Position numbers and translations under genes: made by a program. A stretch of 62,829 bases of DNA, the filler included, from Klebsormidium nitens (Eukaryota > Plantae > Klebsormidiophyceae), in NCBI GenBank assembly GCA_000708835.1. It is 11 parts of 11 records of this genome, joined end to end, with 100 filler letters (N's around TTAATTAATTAA, not from the genome) between each part and the next. Parts side by side here need not be neighbours in the genome. Positions count along the whole stretch, not along the records: positions 18,198 to 36,734 come from DF237949.1; positions 36,835 to 39,291 come from DF238683.1; positions 39,392 to 41,934 come from DF238671.1; positions 42,035 to 43,639 come from DF238729.1; positions 43,740 to 56,279 come from DF237162.1; 6 more parts are not named here. One strand, 5' to 3'. The notes under the pieces are model-generated. The model did not search any database, was not told the origin of the DNA, and was given only the letters and a program-made list of their open reading frames with translations. Positions 36,547 to 47,150 of the stretch are shown piece after piece (positions within the stretch are counted from its first letter, which is position 1; the number at the start of each line of letters is the position of its first letter).

Positions 36547-37629
36547 ATTGAAAACCAAAAAGCGTACTCAATTATCAGAATATCACGATGCGGATCCAGT
36601 AAAGAAGCGCCGATTTGCTGGCCCGCAGAATGTTAGAATTCGACCATTTCCAGGATCAGCGTGGCAAAGCCGCAACGATCAGTCGGCGACCTTTTTGGAA
36701 TCACATATAACGTTTTCGAACAAGGATCTGTGCTNNNNNNNNNNNNNNNNNNNNNNNNNNNNNNNNNNNNNNNNNNNNTTAATTAATTAANNNNNNNNNN
36801 NNNNNNNNNNNNNNNNNNNNNNNNNNNNNNNNNNGTCACGCAACCTCGATCAGAGAATTGCTCAAATGCTCAAATGCCGTCGGTTCGAGATCAAAGTAAT
36901 ATGAGCGGGGCAGTCCCGGGCAGTCCAGAGGCCGCAGTAGTATGGGGCGAACATCATAGCTCGGGGAGCCGCGTTTGGATCTTTCGAGCACCTTCGAAAC
37001 TAACGGTCCTATCTCTAAAATAAACTTTCGACAAAAGATGTATATTTTGGTCAAAGAATTCCCCTTTTCGACCATTCAAATTCGTACCTTTCCATTCCAC
37101 AACGGTATATGCAAACGTGAGCGCAGCGGGACGGTCATGATGTTGTAACGTGAATGACTTCCTAATAGGCGTAGCATTCAACCAACAGCTTGGCCGGCCC
37201 CAACGGGCGGAGTTTACATTCAAGGACCTGAAATGAAGTTGAACATGCCAGCGCCGTGGTGCCAGCCTGCAGCCCGGCTGCAGGCCAGCCTTTCAGTGAT
37301 CGGCAAAAAAGTCATGTAAAATTAGATTGGCACTGCATGTGATGATGCATGCATGTAGTCACGTACGGTTCAATTCCTGTCCATAGTAGTAGATTAAAAA
37401 ATATTATCTCTACAGACGGGCTGTACTGTAAAATGTCGTCGACTGAGGCCAGATTTGCAGATTCGTCGAACAGGCCAAGGGGACAAAGGGAGCGAAAGTC
37501 AGGAGAAAGGCGAGGGAGGCTTATAGAGAAGATGTCTTACGCTATGCGCCTATACTAGGAGTTTTAGATAATAATACTTTGAGATTAGAATAATTTAGGC
37601 CACTTATGCACACCACAATATGTGCCAGA

Positions 37630-37688
37630 TTATGGCATCTACGCCCCTGTCTCGCGCGAGGTCGCGGGTTCAAGCCCGACTCCATGCA
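37630..37688 (+). ncRNA. Degenerate tRNA-like / SINE head fragment
   Basis: CGCCCCTGTCTCGCGCGAGGTCGCGGGTTCAAGCCCGACTCCA resembles a tRNA-Asp-like anticodon arm plus T arm. T loop is one base short; no clear A box or acceptor stem. Confidence 0.25.
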
Positions 37689-39485
37689 TTTGTTGCTTTT
37701 TTGCATGTACCACTTTTTGATGGGCAAGATTCGCGTGCTTCACAATATTGTTCGTTACTGATGGATTTGGGTTGACCGGCGAGACTTCTTGAATCTACTA
37801 ATCCAAAGCTTCCATCCTCCACAAAACTCGCGCGGCAGACACTGTGACTTTGTACGCCTGCCGCCGGCTTTCGAGTACGGTTCTTCTGCAAAAGCCTGGG
37901 CCAATGGGGAAACACAACAAGCCATTGTGTTTACAAAGCACCATTAGGAGCGAGAAGAATTTATTTGAGGTGTCAAGGCCGGAGCTTTACTATGAAGGGA
38001 TCACCACTGCACAATTCGTGGCAAAAATGAAGCCATTTCAATGGCACACTGACACGTCCTAGTAATTTATTGCTATTTTTGTATTGATCACCTTACATCA
38101 ACTTTCAAGCTGCTTGCACCTCAAACATCTCATAGTAGGAGTTGGCTAATTTTTCAAATTTCGAAATCAATTGAGAATGGCCCCAATTGCCCGTGGAGTT
38201 TATACGTCTATGGTGCGTCCGGTTTAATAATACAAGTTTATGAATCGGGGTGTAGACTCAGCAGCTTGCCATTGGTACCTACCTTAAACATGTCCGATCG
38301 AGTATCGGATACTGCACCGAAGGAAAACTTTGCGTAACCAGACCTTCTAGTATATTTAGGCCTTTTTTACTTGGCGCCCCACCGGCGGCGGCACGCCAGG
38401 ATTGTTTCGGTAAATCCTCCATGGCAGATTTCCAGATATTCGAAACAATCCCGGTATAGTAATGGTCTTGCTAGCACAAATGTCCAAGAGTCCGGTAAAA
38501 AGGTCAAATCCTGATTTGTTTTGGCACGGTGTGGTCTTTGATGGCTGGCCGCCAGAATTTCACGAAATTTTTCTCTGGCTGGCGCCAGAGTTAAAAACCT
38601 TTTTGCGCAAGAGTTGCGGGCTGGGGTGCGGTGACTGCGGTCCCCTGGAGTATATACTGTCGAGTACGTCGGACGGTCTGAACGACCCGGTTCGCCTACT
38701 AAGCATCACGCGGCCGCATTTTCCCTCTGTTGCAGCAATGCTCGAATGCAGTCAAACAGCGTACGGGTGAGTGGGTCACTCCAGTAGTCGGAAATCGGCC
38801 AGCCTGGCTACCATATATCTTTTAAGTTGCGCGTCGACCGAAAACCTACCACCCCCCACTCTTATGTTGATAGACCACGTGGTTCTGGAAAACCATGGTT
38901 TCGGCAGAGGTTTGCAGCAAACCCTTCACATCTGTGGGCCCTATTTCACCCAATTCTGCACCAAAATGCTCGATCCAAAGCAAGTGGGCAATGGCCATGT
39001 GTGGTGGCAATTGCCGACAAGGTTTCTTTGAGCAGAAAAGATGCGAATTTGATAGATGTAGGCGACACAATCACTTCAGTGTTGCAAACCTCTTACAAAC
39101 CCAGGTTATAAGAAGCAAGCCTCTGATTGGCTGAAAAACCAGGGATGACCTCGGAGGTTTTCGGTCGACGTGCAACCTTACCGGCATACTGGCCCCGGCT
39201 CGAGAGTCGGGCTCGAGAGTCGGGCCGGGTTGGAGCTCCTTGGATCGAAGTTGGTGCCAGTATGCCGGCCCGGCCGCAACGCAGTAACTCCNNNNNNNNN
39301 NNNNNNNNNNNNNNNNNNNNNNNNNNNNNNNNNNNTTAATTAATTAANNNNNNNNNNNNNNNNNNNNNNNNNNNNNNNNNNNNNNNNNNNNTTTAATGGG
39401 AACGGTATTCATCTTTCATCTCTCATCAAGTCTTATTCTATCGAGATCAACCGCTGCTTGTAAGACGCCTTAGCTGCTTGCAACC

Positions 39486-40703
39486 ATGAAATTGCTCAAG
39501 AAGGTTATGGATCTAGGAGCGGCAATGATGGTAATTATGGTGGCGACCGCCGGTTATGTTGAGGAAGCTAGCAACATGATGGGCGGAGGTCGAGACTGGT
39601 GGGTATTTCCAAAGCAGCAGACAGAGTGGGATGTTATCCAGATGGAGATCTGGAAGCTCAGCCCAGCTTTGCTAGACGAGAAGTGGATTGAGAATTACAG
39701 AATGTCATACATGACATTTGAAGAGCTCGTCGAAGAGCTCCGGCCATATATAGAGCAACAAGACACGCGTTGGAGAAAGGCAATCCCAGTGGAAAAAGCT
39801 GTAGCGTTTGTATTATACAGGCTGGCACATGGGCATGCTCCAAAACATGTTGGACGCTTTTATGGAGTTGGTGGCAGCACAGTAATCAAATATACAAACC
39901 TTATAGTTGATACACTTTCAGATCCGGATAAACTTCTTCTCAAGCACATCCAGATTCCATCAGGTACCAGATTGAAGCGTATCATAGCGGATTTCAGATC
40001 TGGAACAGGCATAGACAATATGTGCGGCGCTGTAGATGGGTCTCACATCAAGTTGTACCGGAAGCCTCCGTTTTGGGCCGTACCGGCAGATTATTGGTGT
40101 AGGCACGATATTCACTCAATCCTATTGCAAGGGATTTGTGATCACAACAAAGTGTTCTGGAGCGTGTGCGCTAAACAACCAGGGGGCTGCCATGACGCCA
40201 CTCACTTGCGAAGCTCTACCATCTGGAAGCAAATGAGAGGAGGGCAGGTGTTAGAGGAGCCAGTCGTCAGGATAGAGGGGAAAGATGTGAAACCTTTCAT
40301 TATTGGCGATAGCGCATACCCGTTGATGTCTTTCCTTCTTAAGGCATTCAACAACCGGGCCACAGGCAGTCCAGATCAGAACCTCTTTGACAAGCAGTTC
40401 AGGAAAGGAAGAGTCAAGATAGAAAATGCTTTCGGAATTCTGAAAAACAGATGGCAGATTTTGAAGAACCTTAACGTCGCTCTTGACCAGGCACCCAAGG
40501 TTGCAGTAGCTTGCGCCGTGTTGCATAACATTTGCCAAACAGCTGGTGAACCAGGAGATGGCGAAGACGTAGTGGATGCGCACCCCAATGATTTGAACCA
40601 GCAGCGGATTCCCCCACAGAACTCTGAGTACGCCAGCAAGAGAATAGGCCAGGATGTCCGTAGCGCGCTATTGAGAGATCTGATAAGCAGAAACATTGAC
40701 TAG
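39486..40703 (+). CDS. Harbinger/PIF DDE transposase (DDE_Tnp_4-like)
   Basis: YRMSYMTFEELVEELRP, VAFVLYRLAHG, GAVDGSHI (D1), IIGDSAYPL (D2), RVKIENAFGILKNRWQIL (E), ACAVLHNIC. 405 aa, no stops. Confidence 0.95.
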   Translation: MKLLKKVMDLGAAMMVIMVATAGYVEEASNMMGGGRDWWVFPKQQTEWDVIQMEIWKLSPALLDEKWIENYRMSYMTFEELVEELRPYIEQQDTRWRKAIPVEKAVAFVLYRLAHGHAPKHVGRFYGVGGSTVIKYTNLIVDTLSDPDKLLLKHIQIPSGTRLKRIIADFRSGTGIDNMCGAVDGSHIKLYRKPPFWAVPADYWCRHDIHSILLQGICDHNKVFWSVCAKQPGGCHDATHLRSSTIWKQMRGGQVLEEPVVRIEGKDVKPFIIGDSAYPLMSFLLKAFNNRATGSPDQNLFDKQFRKGRVKIENAFGILKNRWQILKNLNVALDQAPKVAVACAVLHNICQTAGEPGDGEDVVDAHPNDLNQQRIPPQNSEYASKRIGQDVRSALLRDLISRNID

Positions 40704-40751
40704 AACAAAGAAACCCTTGTTAAAAACTTCTCACCTGAATGCATTGATGTA

Positions 40752-41681
40752 TTACAAACCGCGCCTCATCTTCTCGATCTCCATCTTGAGATCCATATGC
40801 ATCTTTGCCAATTGCAAGTCTAACTCTGTTTTCTTCTGTGCAATCTGCGCGTCTGATTCAACTTTTTTTTGCGCCATCGCCTGCTCAATCTCTATTGCCT
40901 TCATCGCAACCTCAGAATAAATCTTGGCGAAGTTATCAATGCTCTTTGCCATAGCAGTCCCGGCAGAACCTCTGTCCCTCTTTCTCTTTCTTAGACTGTT
41001 GCTCTGGCCATTTACTCCCGGCTTCTGATTGAACTTTCCCGTGGGGCTCAACTCTACCACATCGGCCTCCTTCCCATCAGGCTTGCAAGGATTGCTTCCC
41101 TCTGGCTTCTCAGCAACTGGCGGGGAGCTGCTCTCCCCGCCGCCACCCTGCTCCTGGCTGGCAGCACTTCTCTCCGCTGCTTGCGCCTCTCCTTCCGTCC
41201 CATCCCCCTGTGCCCAATATTCTCGCTCCTCGTCGGTCCACCCTCTGGCTGCAGTCTTGGCAGCTGCTGAAGGCACCCTGGCGTCACTGTCGCAAGCCCC
41301 AGGGATGCCTGCAATCTTAGGAAGCTTCCTCAAGAAAGGACCGATGCGCTCAAAGTGGACCCATTGGCTATTCACCGACCCCGTCCCATTCTTTTTGTCT
41401 AGCTCTGCTTGATACCTCTTCTTCAGCCCATCTATTTTATTTTTACAGTGCTTCACAATGTACTGAGGCTGCCCTTCGTCTGGTTCTGCATTGATTTCCT
41501 CGCAAAGCTTCTCCCAGTTGTGCTTTGCAAAGTTGCCCTGCTCAAGCCTCACATGCTCTGTACCCCACAATTGGATGAATCTCTCCTCGGTCTTCTCTGA
41601 CCAGAAAATGGGAGGACTCCGCTTACCCTGCTCTGCAGCTGGGGGTGCCCCAGCACCTGCTGTAGCACTGGCAAGCGCCAT
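40752..41681 (-). CDS. Harbinger-associated Myb/SANT (trihelix) DNA-binding protein
   Basis: FWSEKTEERFIQLW...NWEKLCEEIN...CKNKIDGLKKRY...W.HF trihelix pattern plus a C-terminal coiled coil. Tail-to-tail with the transposase. Confidence 0.9.
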   Translation of the reverse strand: MALASATAGAGAPPAAEQGKRSPPIFWSEKTEERFIQLWGTEHVRLEQGNFAKHNWEKLCEEINAEPDEGQPQYIVKHCKNKIDGLKKRYQAELDKKNGTGSVNSQWVHFERIGPFLRKLPKIAGIPGACDSDARVPSAAAKTAARGWTDEEREYWAQGDGTEGEAQAAERSAASQEQGGGGESSSPPVAEKPEGSNPCKPDGKEADVVELSPTGKFNQKPGVNGQSNSLRKRKRDRGSAGTAMAKSIDNFAKIYSEVAMKAIEIEQAMAQKKVESDAQIAQKKTELDLQLAKMHMDLKMEIEKMRRGL

Positions 41682-42034
41682 TGCTGGCCTTCTCTTGAGC
41701 TTCTTTCTTCAAATACCTCCCTGTTGTGCTTTGAAATCCGACCTAAATTTTGTGTTGGCAGTCATCATTTGGCGCCACAAGTAACTAGGCCGGGTACAGG
41801 CTGGAAAGGATGCAGTGCCCTGCAGCGGACCCAGCTGTCCGAACGGCTGTCCAGCAGACGGTCCGCCGGGAAAAGTATGTTGGGAATTTCCCGGCCGCCG
41901 TGGACGGCCACGGCGGCCGGAAGTTGGGCCATCCNNNNNNNNNNNNNNNNNNNNNNNNNNNNNNNNNNNNNNNNNNNNTTAATTAATTAANNNNNNNNNN
42001 NNNNNNNNNNNNNNNNNNNNNNNNNNNNNNNNNN

Positions 42035-42338
42035 GTACATCACGTTCTGCAGAGTCACCAGACAGTCTCCCGTCAATGTCGCACACATCAGCTCAACCGA
42101 GCCGCTTCCCTTTGCCCACAAAGTTCCCTTGTCCCCGAACGTGAACTCTCGGCCACACCCCCCGAACATCTCGAGGGTCAAATAGGCTCTTGTCCCCGGT
42201 TAGGTGCTGGGAGCTACCCGAATCAACGAGCCACTCGTCCGCAGCTACCCCCTCAACCACGCTAAAGGCCACTCCTTTGGAAAGTTTCCCTCCCCTCTTT
42301 TGCTTCGGCTTGTGCTCCCGCCGATCCGGCTTGCTGCA
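42035..42338 (-). pseudogene. Copia protease-region fragment, same family as 11121-12668
   Basis: CSKPDRREHKP...WLVDSGSSQHLTGDKSLF...TLEMFGGCGREFTFGDK...LQNVMY, colinear with 11994-12310. Confidence 0.87.
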
Positions 42339-43639
42339 TGTAACGGCGCCAGCTTTCCGAGCCCTCCGCAGGAATTTCTTGGGAGCTACGCGCGTGCTGT
42401 CCGCGCGGACTTGTGTCATTAACGCGCAATGCGGCCGCGAGTTAAACCCCGAGCCAATCCCGCCGTCGGACGGCCAGATCCGGTTGAATTCAAAACGGGC
42501 ATACTGTCTGAGTCTATGCATGTGCACGTACTGCAAGTTTGCGACTCAAAATATCATACACATGAGGTTATGCATGCAACTCCCAAGGCGGAGCAGAAAT
42601 GAGACAATGTAGTCTCTGGATTCCATCAAAGGTGTAACCTTTGCACTACCTTCTCTCCGAGAAGTTTATCACCAGGCGCCTTTGCGCCTCTCCCATGCTC
42701 ACCAGGAGTAAGAACGTTTCAACCGGATCAGAGGAAAACTCCTCAGCCCTGTTAAGGACCACCACCTCTCGCTTGTGCTACTCTCGGACATATCTGACGC
42801 AGAAGGGAACTTGAACGTGTCCAAGTCGGAACTTGGTCTTGAGGACGAGCAGAAAAGAAGGGAGGGGAAGAGGAAGTCCCTCCTCTTAGAGGGAGTCGCT
42901 CCCCCTCTCCACAGGCTGAAGAGGGCGAAGGGGAACATGGGGCACAGCAAAGAGGAGAAGACCCCAACCCTGATGACCCCTCTAAAGGCAGTGGAAGCGG
43001 AGGTGGCACTTGGGATGGCAAAAAGGAAGTCACTGAGTCCCATAACAGTAAGCCTCCTGCTACACCTGCCGGGGGTGGAGTGACTAACCCAGTTTTGAGA
43101 AAGAGGTTTGAGTCACAGGATGCTACTATTAAGGCCCTGCAGGCCCAGGTAGCAATTCGGGTGGCAAATGCACAGGCTACTGTTGCTGCTCCTATGCATA
43201 AGTCAGCGTTTTAGGGGGTGAAGCTTCGTCTCAGGGATCCCCCCATGTTCACAGGGGATGATAAGAAGTACCCTGTTAAGGACTGGCTTGCCACTGTTAC
43301 GGAGTGGCTTGACTCTGGATCATGTGATTCTCAGCTTCGTGTGGGGATGGCCCAAACCTTTTTGGATAAGGGGGCAGCCTCCTACTGGAGGGCAAGGAGT
43401 GCAGCACTCAGGTCTCAGGGTGTGGACCTGTTGACCTTGCCATGTTTGCCAAGACTCTGGAGTCAGAGTTCGAGCACCAGGATCCCAAGCAGAATGCAAG
43501 ATATAAACTGGAGAGACTGACGCAAACTGGGTCAGTGGAGGACTATGCTAGCAGGTTCCAGTCCCTCTCGGTGGAGATTGTCACACTGCCTCTCTCAAAG
43601 GGTGACAAGATCCAGAGGTTTAAGAATGAACTCAAGTCT
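42339..43639 (+). mobile_element. Ty3/gypsy retrotransposon 5' part (LTR starting TGTAAC, then degenerate gag)
   Basis: TGTAAC begins exactly where copia homology stops. LRDPPMFTG...WLATVTEWL...AQTFLDKGAASYW...LERLTQTGSVEDYASRFQSL is a Retrotrans_gag-type domain with a stop and a frameshift. Confidence 0.75.
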
Positions 43640-43745
43640 NNNNNNNNNNNNNNNNNNNNNNNNNNNNNNNNNNNNNNNNNNNNTTAATTAATTAANNNNN
43701 NNNNNNNNNNNNNNNNNNNNNNNNNNNNNNNNNNNNNNNCCAAAC

Positions 43746-44145
43746 AGAAGGCCTGATTTTTTGGGGCAAAAGCTTGGACACTTAGACAGTTGGCGGTATG
43801 CGGGACTCTGTCTTGAAGGCGTATCCAAGTGTTCAAGGTCCTTCGTAATATTGTCTGAGTGTAATTGTTGACGTCACCGAAAAGAAGGCCTGATTTGTTT
43901 TGGCAAAAGCTTGGACACTTGGACAGCTGGCAGTATGTGCTTGGTCTTGGAGGCTTGTTCAAGTTTCGAGGTCTTCCAAATAATTGTTTGTGTATTGTTG
44001 CTGACATCATCGAAAAGAAGCCCTAATGTTTTTTTGGTAAAAGCTTGGACATTTGGACAGCCGCCGGTATCCGATCGCTCTTGGGGGCTTGTCCAAGTGT
44101 CCAAGGTTTAATGGAAGAATGTGTGGTGTAGTTGCTGACGTCATC
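43746..44145. repeat. Tandem array of three ~135-bp units, each carrying an internal inverted repeat
   Basis: Unit starts (AGAAG) at 43746, 43883 and 44016. Left arm AAAAGCTTGGACA(C/T)TT(G/A)GACAG; right arm TGTCCAAGTGTCCAAGG (best preserved in unit 3). Confidence 0.85.
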
Positions 44146-45081
44146 ATAGAAGTCCGAATGTCAGCGCAGCCTGCCGCCACACATACAGCAAGAATTGCCA
44201 GCGCCAGAGGTACGCTTTTTGAGGCTTTGCACAGAACTTACCATGTCCTTAACTTTGGCTGCTCCGCAGGAAACGGGAAGGGGGTACTGAAAGAGGTGCT
44301 GCAAGCTGCTACCGGTGATTACTTCGGCGGCATGTCTAAGGATGCAGTGGTTACAGCCCCCGGCCAGAAATCTTCCTCGAAGAACGCCCCTACCAACTAC
44401 ATCTACGAGCTGATGGGCGTGCGGCTTGCCGTCACCGATGAGACGGCAGAGGGAGAACGAGTGGATTTGGGGCTCCTCCTAGGAATGACCGGCGGGGGTA
44501 AGACAAAGGCGCGTTGTCTGTATGGAAATAACGTAGAGTTCACCATCACTCACACGCCCTTCGTCCAAACGAATTACCCGCCCGCAATGTCTGCAACCGC
44601 AATCAAGGAGAACGTCCTGCGCCGCCTGCGAGTGATCCCGTTTCCGAACAGCTATGTTGGCGCCGACACCTTTGATCCCAATAATGCAACCCACCGCCGG
44701 CGAGACGACGGACTCAAAGATCGCATGAAGGAGGAGGAGTCTCTTCGGCAAGTACTCTCGTGGTTAGCCCGCGGTTCGGTTGAGTGGTATACTAGTACCG
44801 ACGGGCTTGGGCGTCCTCCTCAAGCGGTGCAGAGTGCGACGCGTGAATATGTGACCGAGGCAGACAAATTGCAGCTATTTCTCGACCAGCATTGTGCGTT
44901 CGGAGAGGGGCTTTCCATCCTACAGGCCGAATTTGCCACCCTCTATCGCGAGTTTTCCTCAGAGAGGGTTTCAAATGAGGAGTTGGCAAGGAGGATGGAA
45001 AAGCAGGGGTTCAAGAGGCTCAAGAACGGAACGCCGCGACAATTGTATTATCCAAAGATAAGGTGCGAGTACACATTCTGA
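44053..45081 (+). CDS. D5/P4-type primase-helicase C-terminal part (SF3 helicase plus winged helix); primase/N-terminal domain absent
   Basis: Walker A-like AGNGKG, Walker B RLAVTDE, MTGGGKTKARCLY, motif C QTNYPP, RRLRVIPF, C-terminal FLDQHC...LYREF...LARRMEKQGF. The ORF-track start lies inside the repeat array, so the true start is uncertain. Confidence 0.85.
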   Translation: MDSRRYPIALGGLSKCPRFNGRMCGVVADVIIEVRMSAQPAATHTARIASARGTLFEALHRTYHVLNFGCSAGNGKGVLKEVLQAATGDYFGGMSKDAVVTAPGQKSSSKNAPTNYIYELMGVRLAVTDETAEGERVDLGLLLGMTGGGKTKARCLYGNNVEFTITHTPFVQTNYPPAMSATAIKENVLRRLRVIPFPNSYVGADTFDPNNATHRRRDDGLKDRMKEEESLRQVLSWLARGSVEWYTSTDGLGRPPQAVQSATREYVTEADKLQLFLDQHCAFGEGLSILQAEFATLYREFSSERVSNEELARRMEKQGFKRLKNGTPRQLYYPKIRCEYTF

Positions 45082-45353
45082 TAGTTCTTTCAGGTTTACA
45101 GCCTGGTACGTAAGTTAGATCGAGGACTTAGACAAGGTAAATAGCCTCCACTTGGAAACATGAGTATAAGATATGTCAAAAAGTCTTGCCAAGAATCTAT
45201 ACGTATACGGTGACACTTTGGCCCGGGTTAGAAACATAAGCTGGCTTATCGAAAGAAGACCCTTGAACAGATTGTTTTAATAACCGTATGATGACGTCAG
45301 CATGTTGCGGCCAAGATTGTTTTTGCCAGGATATCCAGGACAAAAGCTAATTG

Positions 45354-45893
45354 CTAGACCACCTGCCCGAGTGGTTGGCACCCGGCTTTTTGAGCTTTGC
45401 TCGTATATACCAAGTTTGCAATTTTGTCCGATCTCAGATCAGCTCCATCAATCAGTAAGTAGCTGGATGCATGCTCCAATAATGTAATGATCTGATGTTG
45501 GTGAAATATCTCGTCGTTGATGATAAGGTCGTAACTCTGATCTTGCTCTGCCGGTTTTGCCAGCATGCACATGAGTCTTTCATATAGATCGCCTAGTGTA
45601 AGACTGTTTGCCTTTGTTTGTTGCTCAACAATTTTGCGGATGAGAAGGCATAAACCAACAACAATGATTTTCGTGCTTTGCGTCGAAAGCCCAATTCGCA
45701 GAATGCATGGATAGTGCTTCATGCCAGTGCCGGTCGATAGGTTCTTGCATCGGGCTAAATCGATCTCTTTATCAAAGACGCTGTTAACATTCGACCTTGA
45801 CATATCCATTTCCATTGCTGGTACTCGAGGCCAAACCCCATACTTATCGTTAAAAAAAAATGGTTCACCGAATGCGTTTCCAGGAATGAGCAT
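45354..45893 (-). CDS. Intronless hypothetical protein
   Basis: 179-aa open frame with globular composition; no motif recognised. Confidence 0.33.
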   Translation of the reverse strand: MLIPGNAFGEPFFFNDKYGVWPRVPAMEMDMSRSNVNSVFDKEIDLARCKNLSTGTGMKHYPCILRIGLSTQSTKIIVVGLCLLIRKIVEQQTKANSLTLGDLYERLMCMLAKPAEQDQSYDLIINDEIFHQHQIITLLEHASSYLLIDGADLRSDKIANLVYTSKAQKAGCQPLGQVV

Positions 45894-45925
45894 AGCTCAA
45901 TTCTGACCCAAAAATTAAATGTACA

Positions 45926-46580
45926 TCATATGGCTTTTGACGTATTCCCATCAGGTTTCTTTGGGTGTAGTACACGTGAATATCTTCTATTGGTCCCTTT
46001 TTCCTTATTGGTTCCCTTCACCAACTTTGACGGTGCTTGAGTCTTGCGTTTTGGTACAGTATCAACTTTCGACTCGTCATCTAATGGCTCCTCTGTCTCC
46101 GAGAGTTGTTTGTTAGTAGCTTTCAACGGAGGCTTGTTTTGCCTGCATGACGTCCAGCTTGAAATGGCATCAACGGAAAACTTCATTGTATGCGTTCGAT
46201 AGGTCCCAGCAAAAGGAAGACCGGTTGGTTGTTCGGCCTTTTTCAAGGTCTCGATATTGACTTGATATGCAAACAACCTCCCTTTAGATTTACGGGTAGT
46301 TTCTACCAATAGAACATAGTAGACCAGAGGGGGTCGACATGTTTTAGTTGCTTCCGGCTTCATGCTTCTGTATAAGGTGGAACCAATTCTAGCGCCCGCT
46401 TGAAGGGGGCGACCGCTTTTTTCATTAATTTGGAGCCGGCTGCTCCGAACTCTATCGGTCAAGTCTATTTTACAACTACCACCGAAAGCTGCTTGTACTC
46501 GAAAAGACCTTATTGTTTCAGACGCCATGATAAATCCGTATGTTACTACCTCGACAGAAAAAATGTTATTGGTCATGTGA
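45926..46580 (-). CDS. Intronless hypothetical protein (fused in the ORF track to the LINE tail)
   Basis: Open frame from MTNNIFSVEVV with a basic C-terminal tail; no motif recognised. Confidence 0.33.
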
Positions 46581-46679
46581 TGCGTGATCTCCTTTTTATT
46601 ATGTTCACTAGCTAAGTGCTCTTGTGCGGGAGGTGCATCCGCAGAAGCCCGAGTGCAGATATTTCTCCCTTGCAATGCG

Positions 46680-47150
46680 TCCTGCTTACTAAGAAACGAC
46701 TTCAATTCTCTCTCTGTAAAGGATAGATCGGAAATTTTCCTTATCTCACTATATATAGGACAACGAAACACGAAATGGACCTCATCTTCTACCTCGTTGG
46801 TCTTGCATAACATTCAATACCTCTGGTCTCAAGGCTTCCCTTGCCGAGTCGTGATTTCTGCAGCCAGCCTATGAGCCCCAACTCTAAGCCTTGCTACCGT
46901 GGGCAGGACGGGCATATCGCTAGTCTACTCAAGTAGGACTCGTACGAATCACCTTGCTTCACATCCTTGACGTAATGTGTCCATACTGCTCCCTCAAATC
47001 TTGCATGTATGCAAAATCTGCTGAAGTACGAAGAGACTTGATATCAAAGCCTTGTGCCAACTGACCATCACGAACCAATTGCGAGCTTTTGCCACCACTA
47101 GAGCGAACCACCCTCCTTGAACGGAAGCCCACATACTTTTGACTCCTCTA
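46680..47150 (-). mobile_element. 3' fragment of a non-LTR retrotransposon ORF2 (C-terminal Cys/His motif)
   Basis: ARLRVGAHRL...DQRY*MLCKTNEVEDEVHFVFRCPIYSEIR matches the LINE C-terminal pattern R-x-G-x-H-x-L...C-x2-C...EDExH...CP-x-Y-x2-IR. Contains stops. Confidence 0.6.

Larger units (their letters stand above)
39392..41934. mobile_element. PIF/Harbinger DNA transposon, candidate autonomous copy (both termini lost in gaps)
   Basis: Convergent intact transposase and Myb/SANT ORFs, the diagnostic two-gene Harbinger layout. Confidence 0.88.

Noticed and set aside
37265-37285. Perfect palindrome GCCTGCAGCC-C-GGCTGCAGGC
   Set aside because: Isolated, with no U-tract, CTAG end or partner repeat; function cannot be supported.
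43746-44145. Repeat array considered as a CRISPR array
   Set aside because: Whole ~135-bp units are homologous (no unique spacers), the context is eukaryotic, and there are no cas genes.
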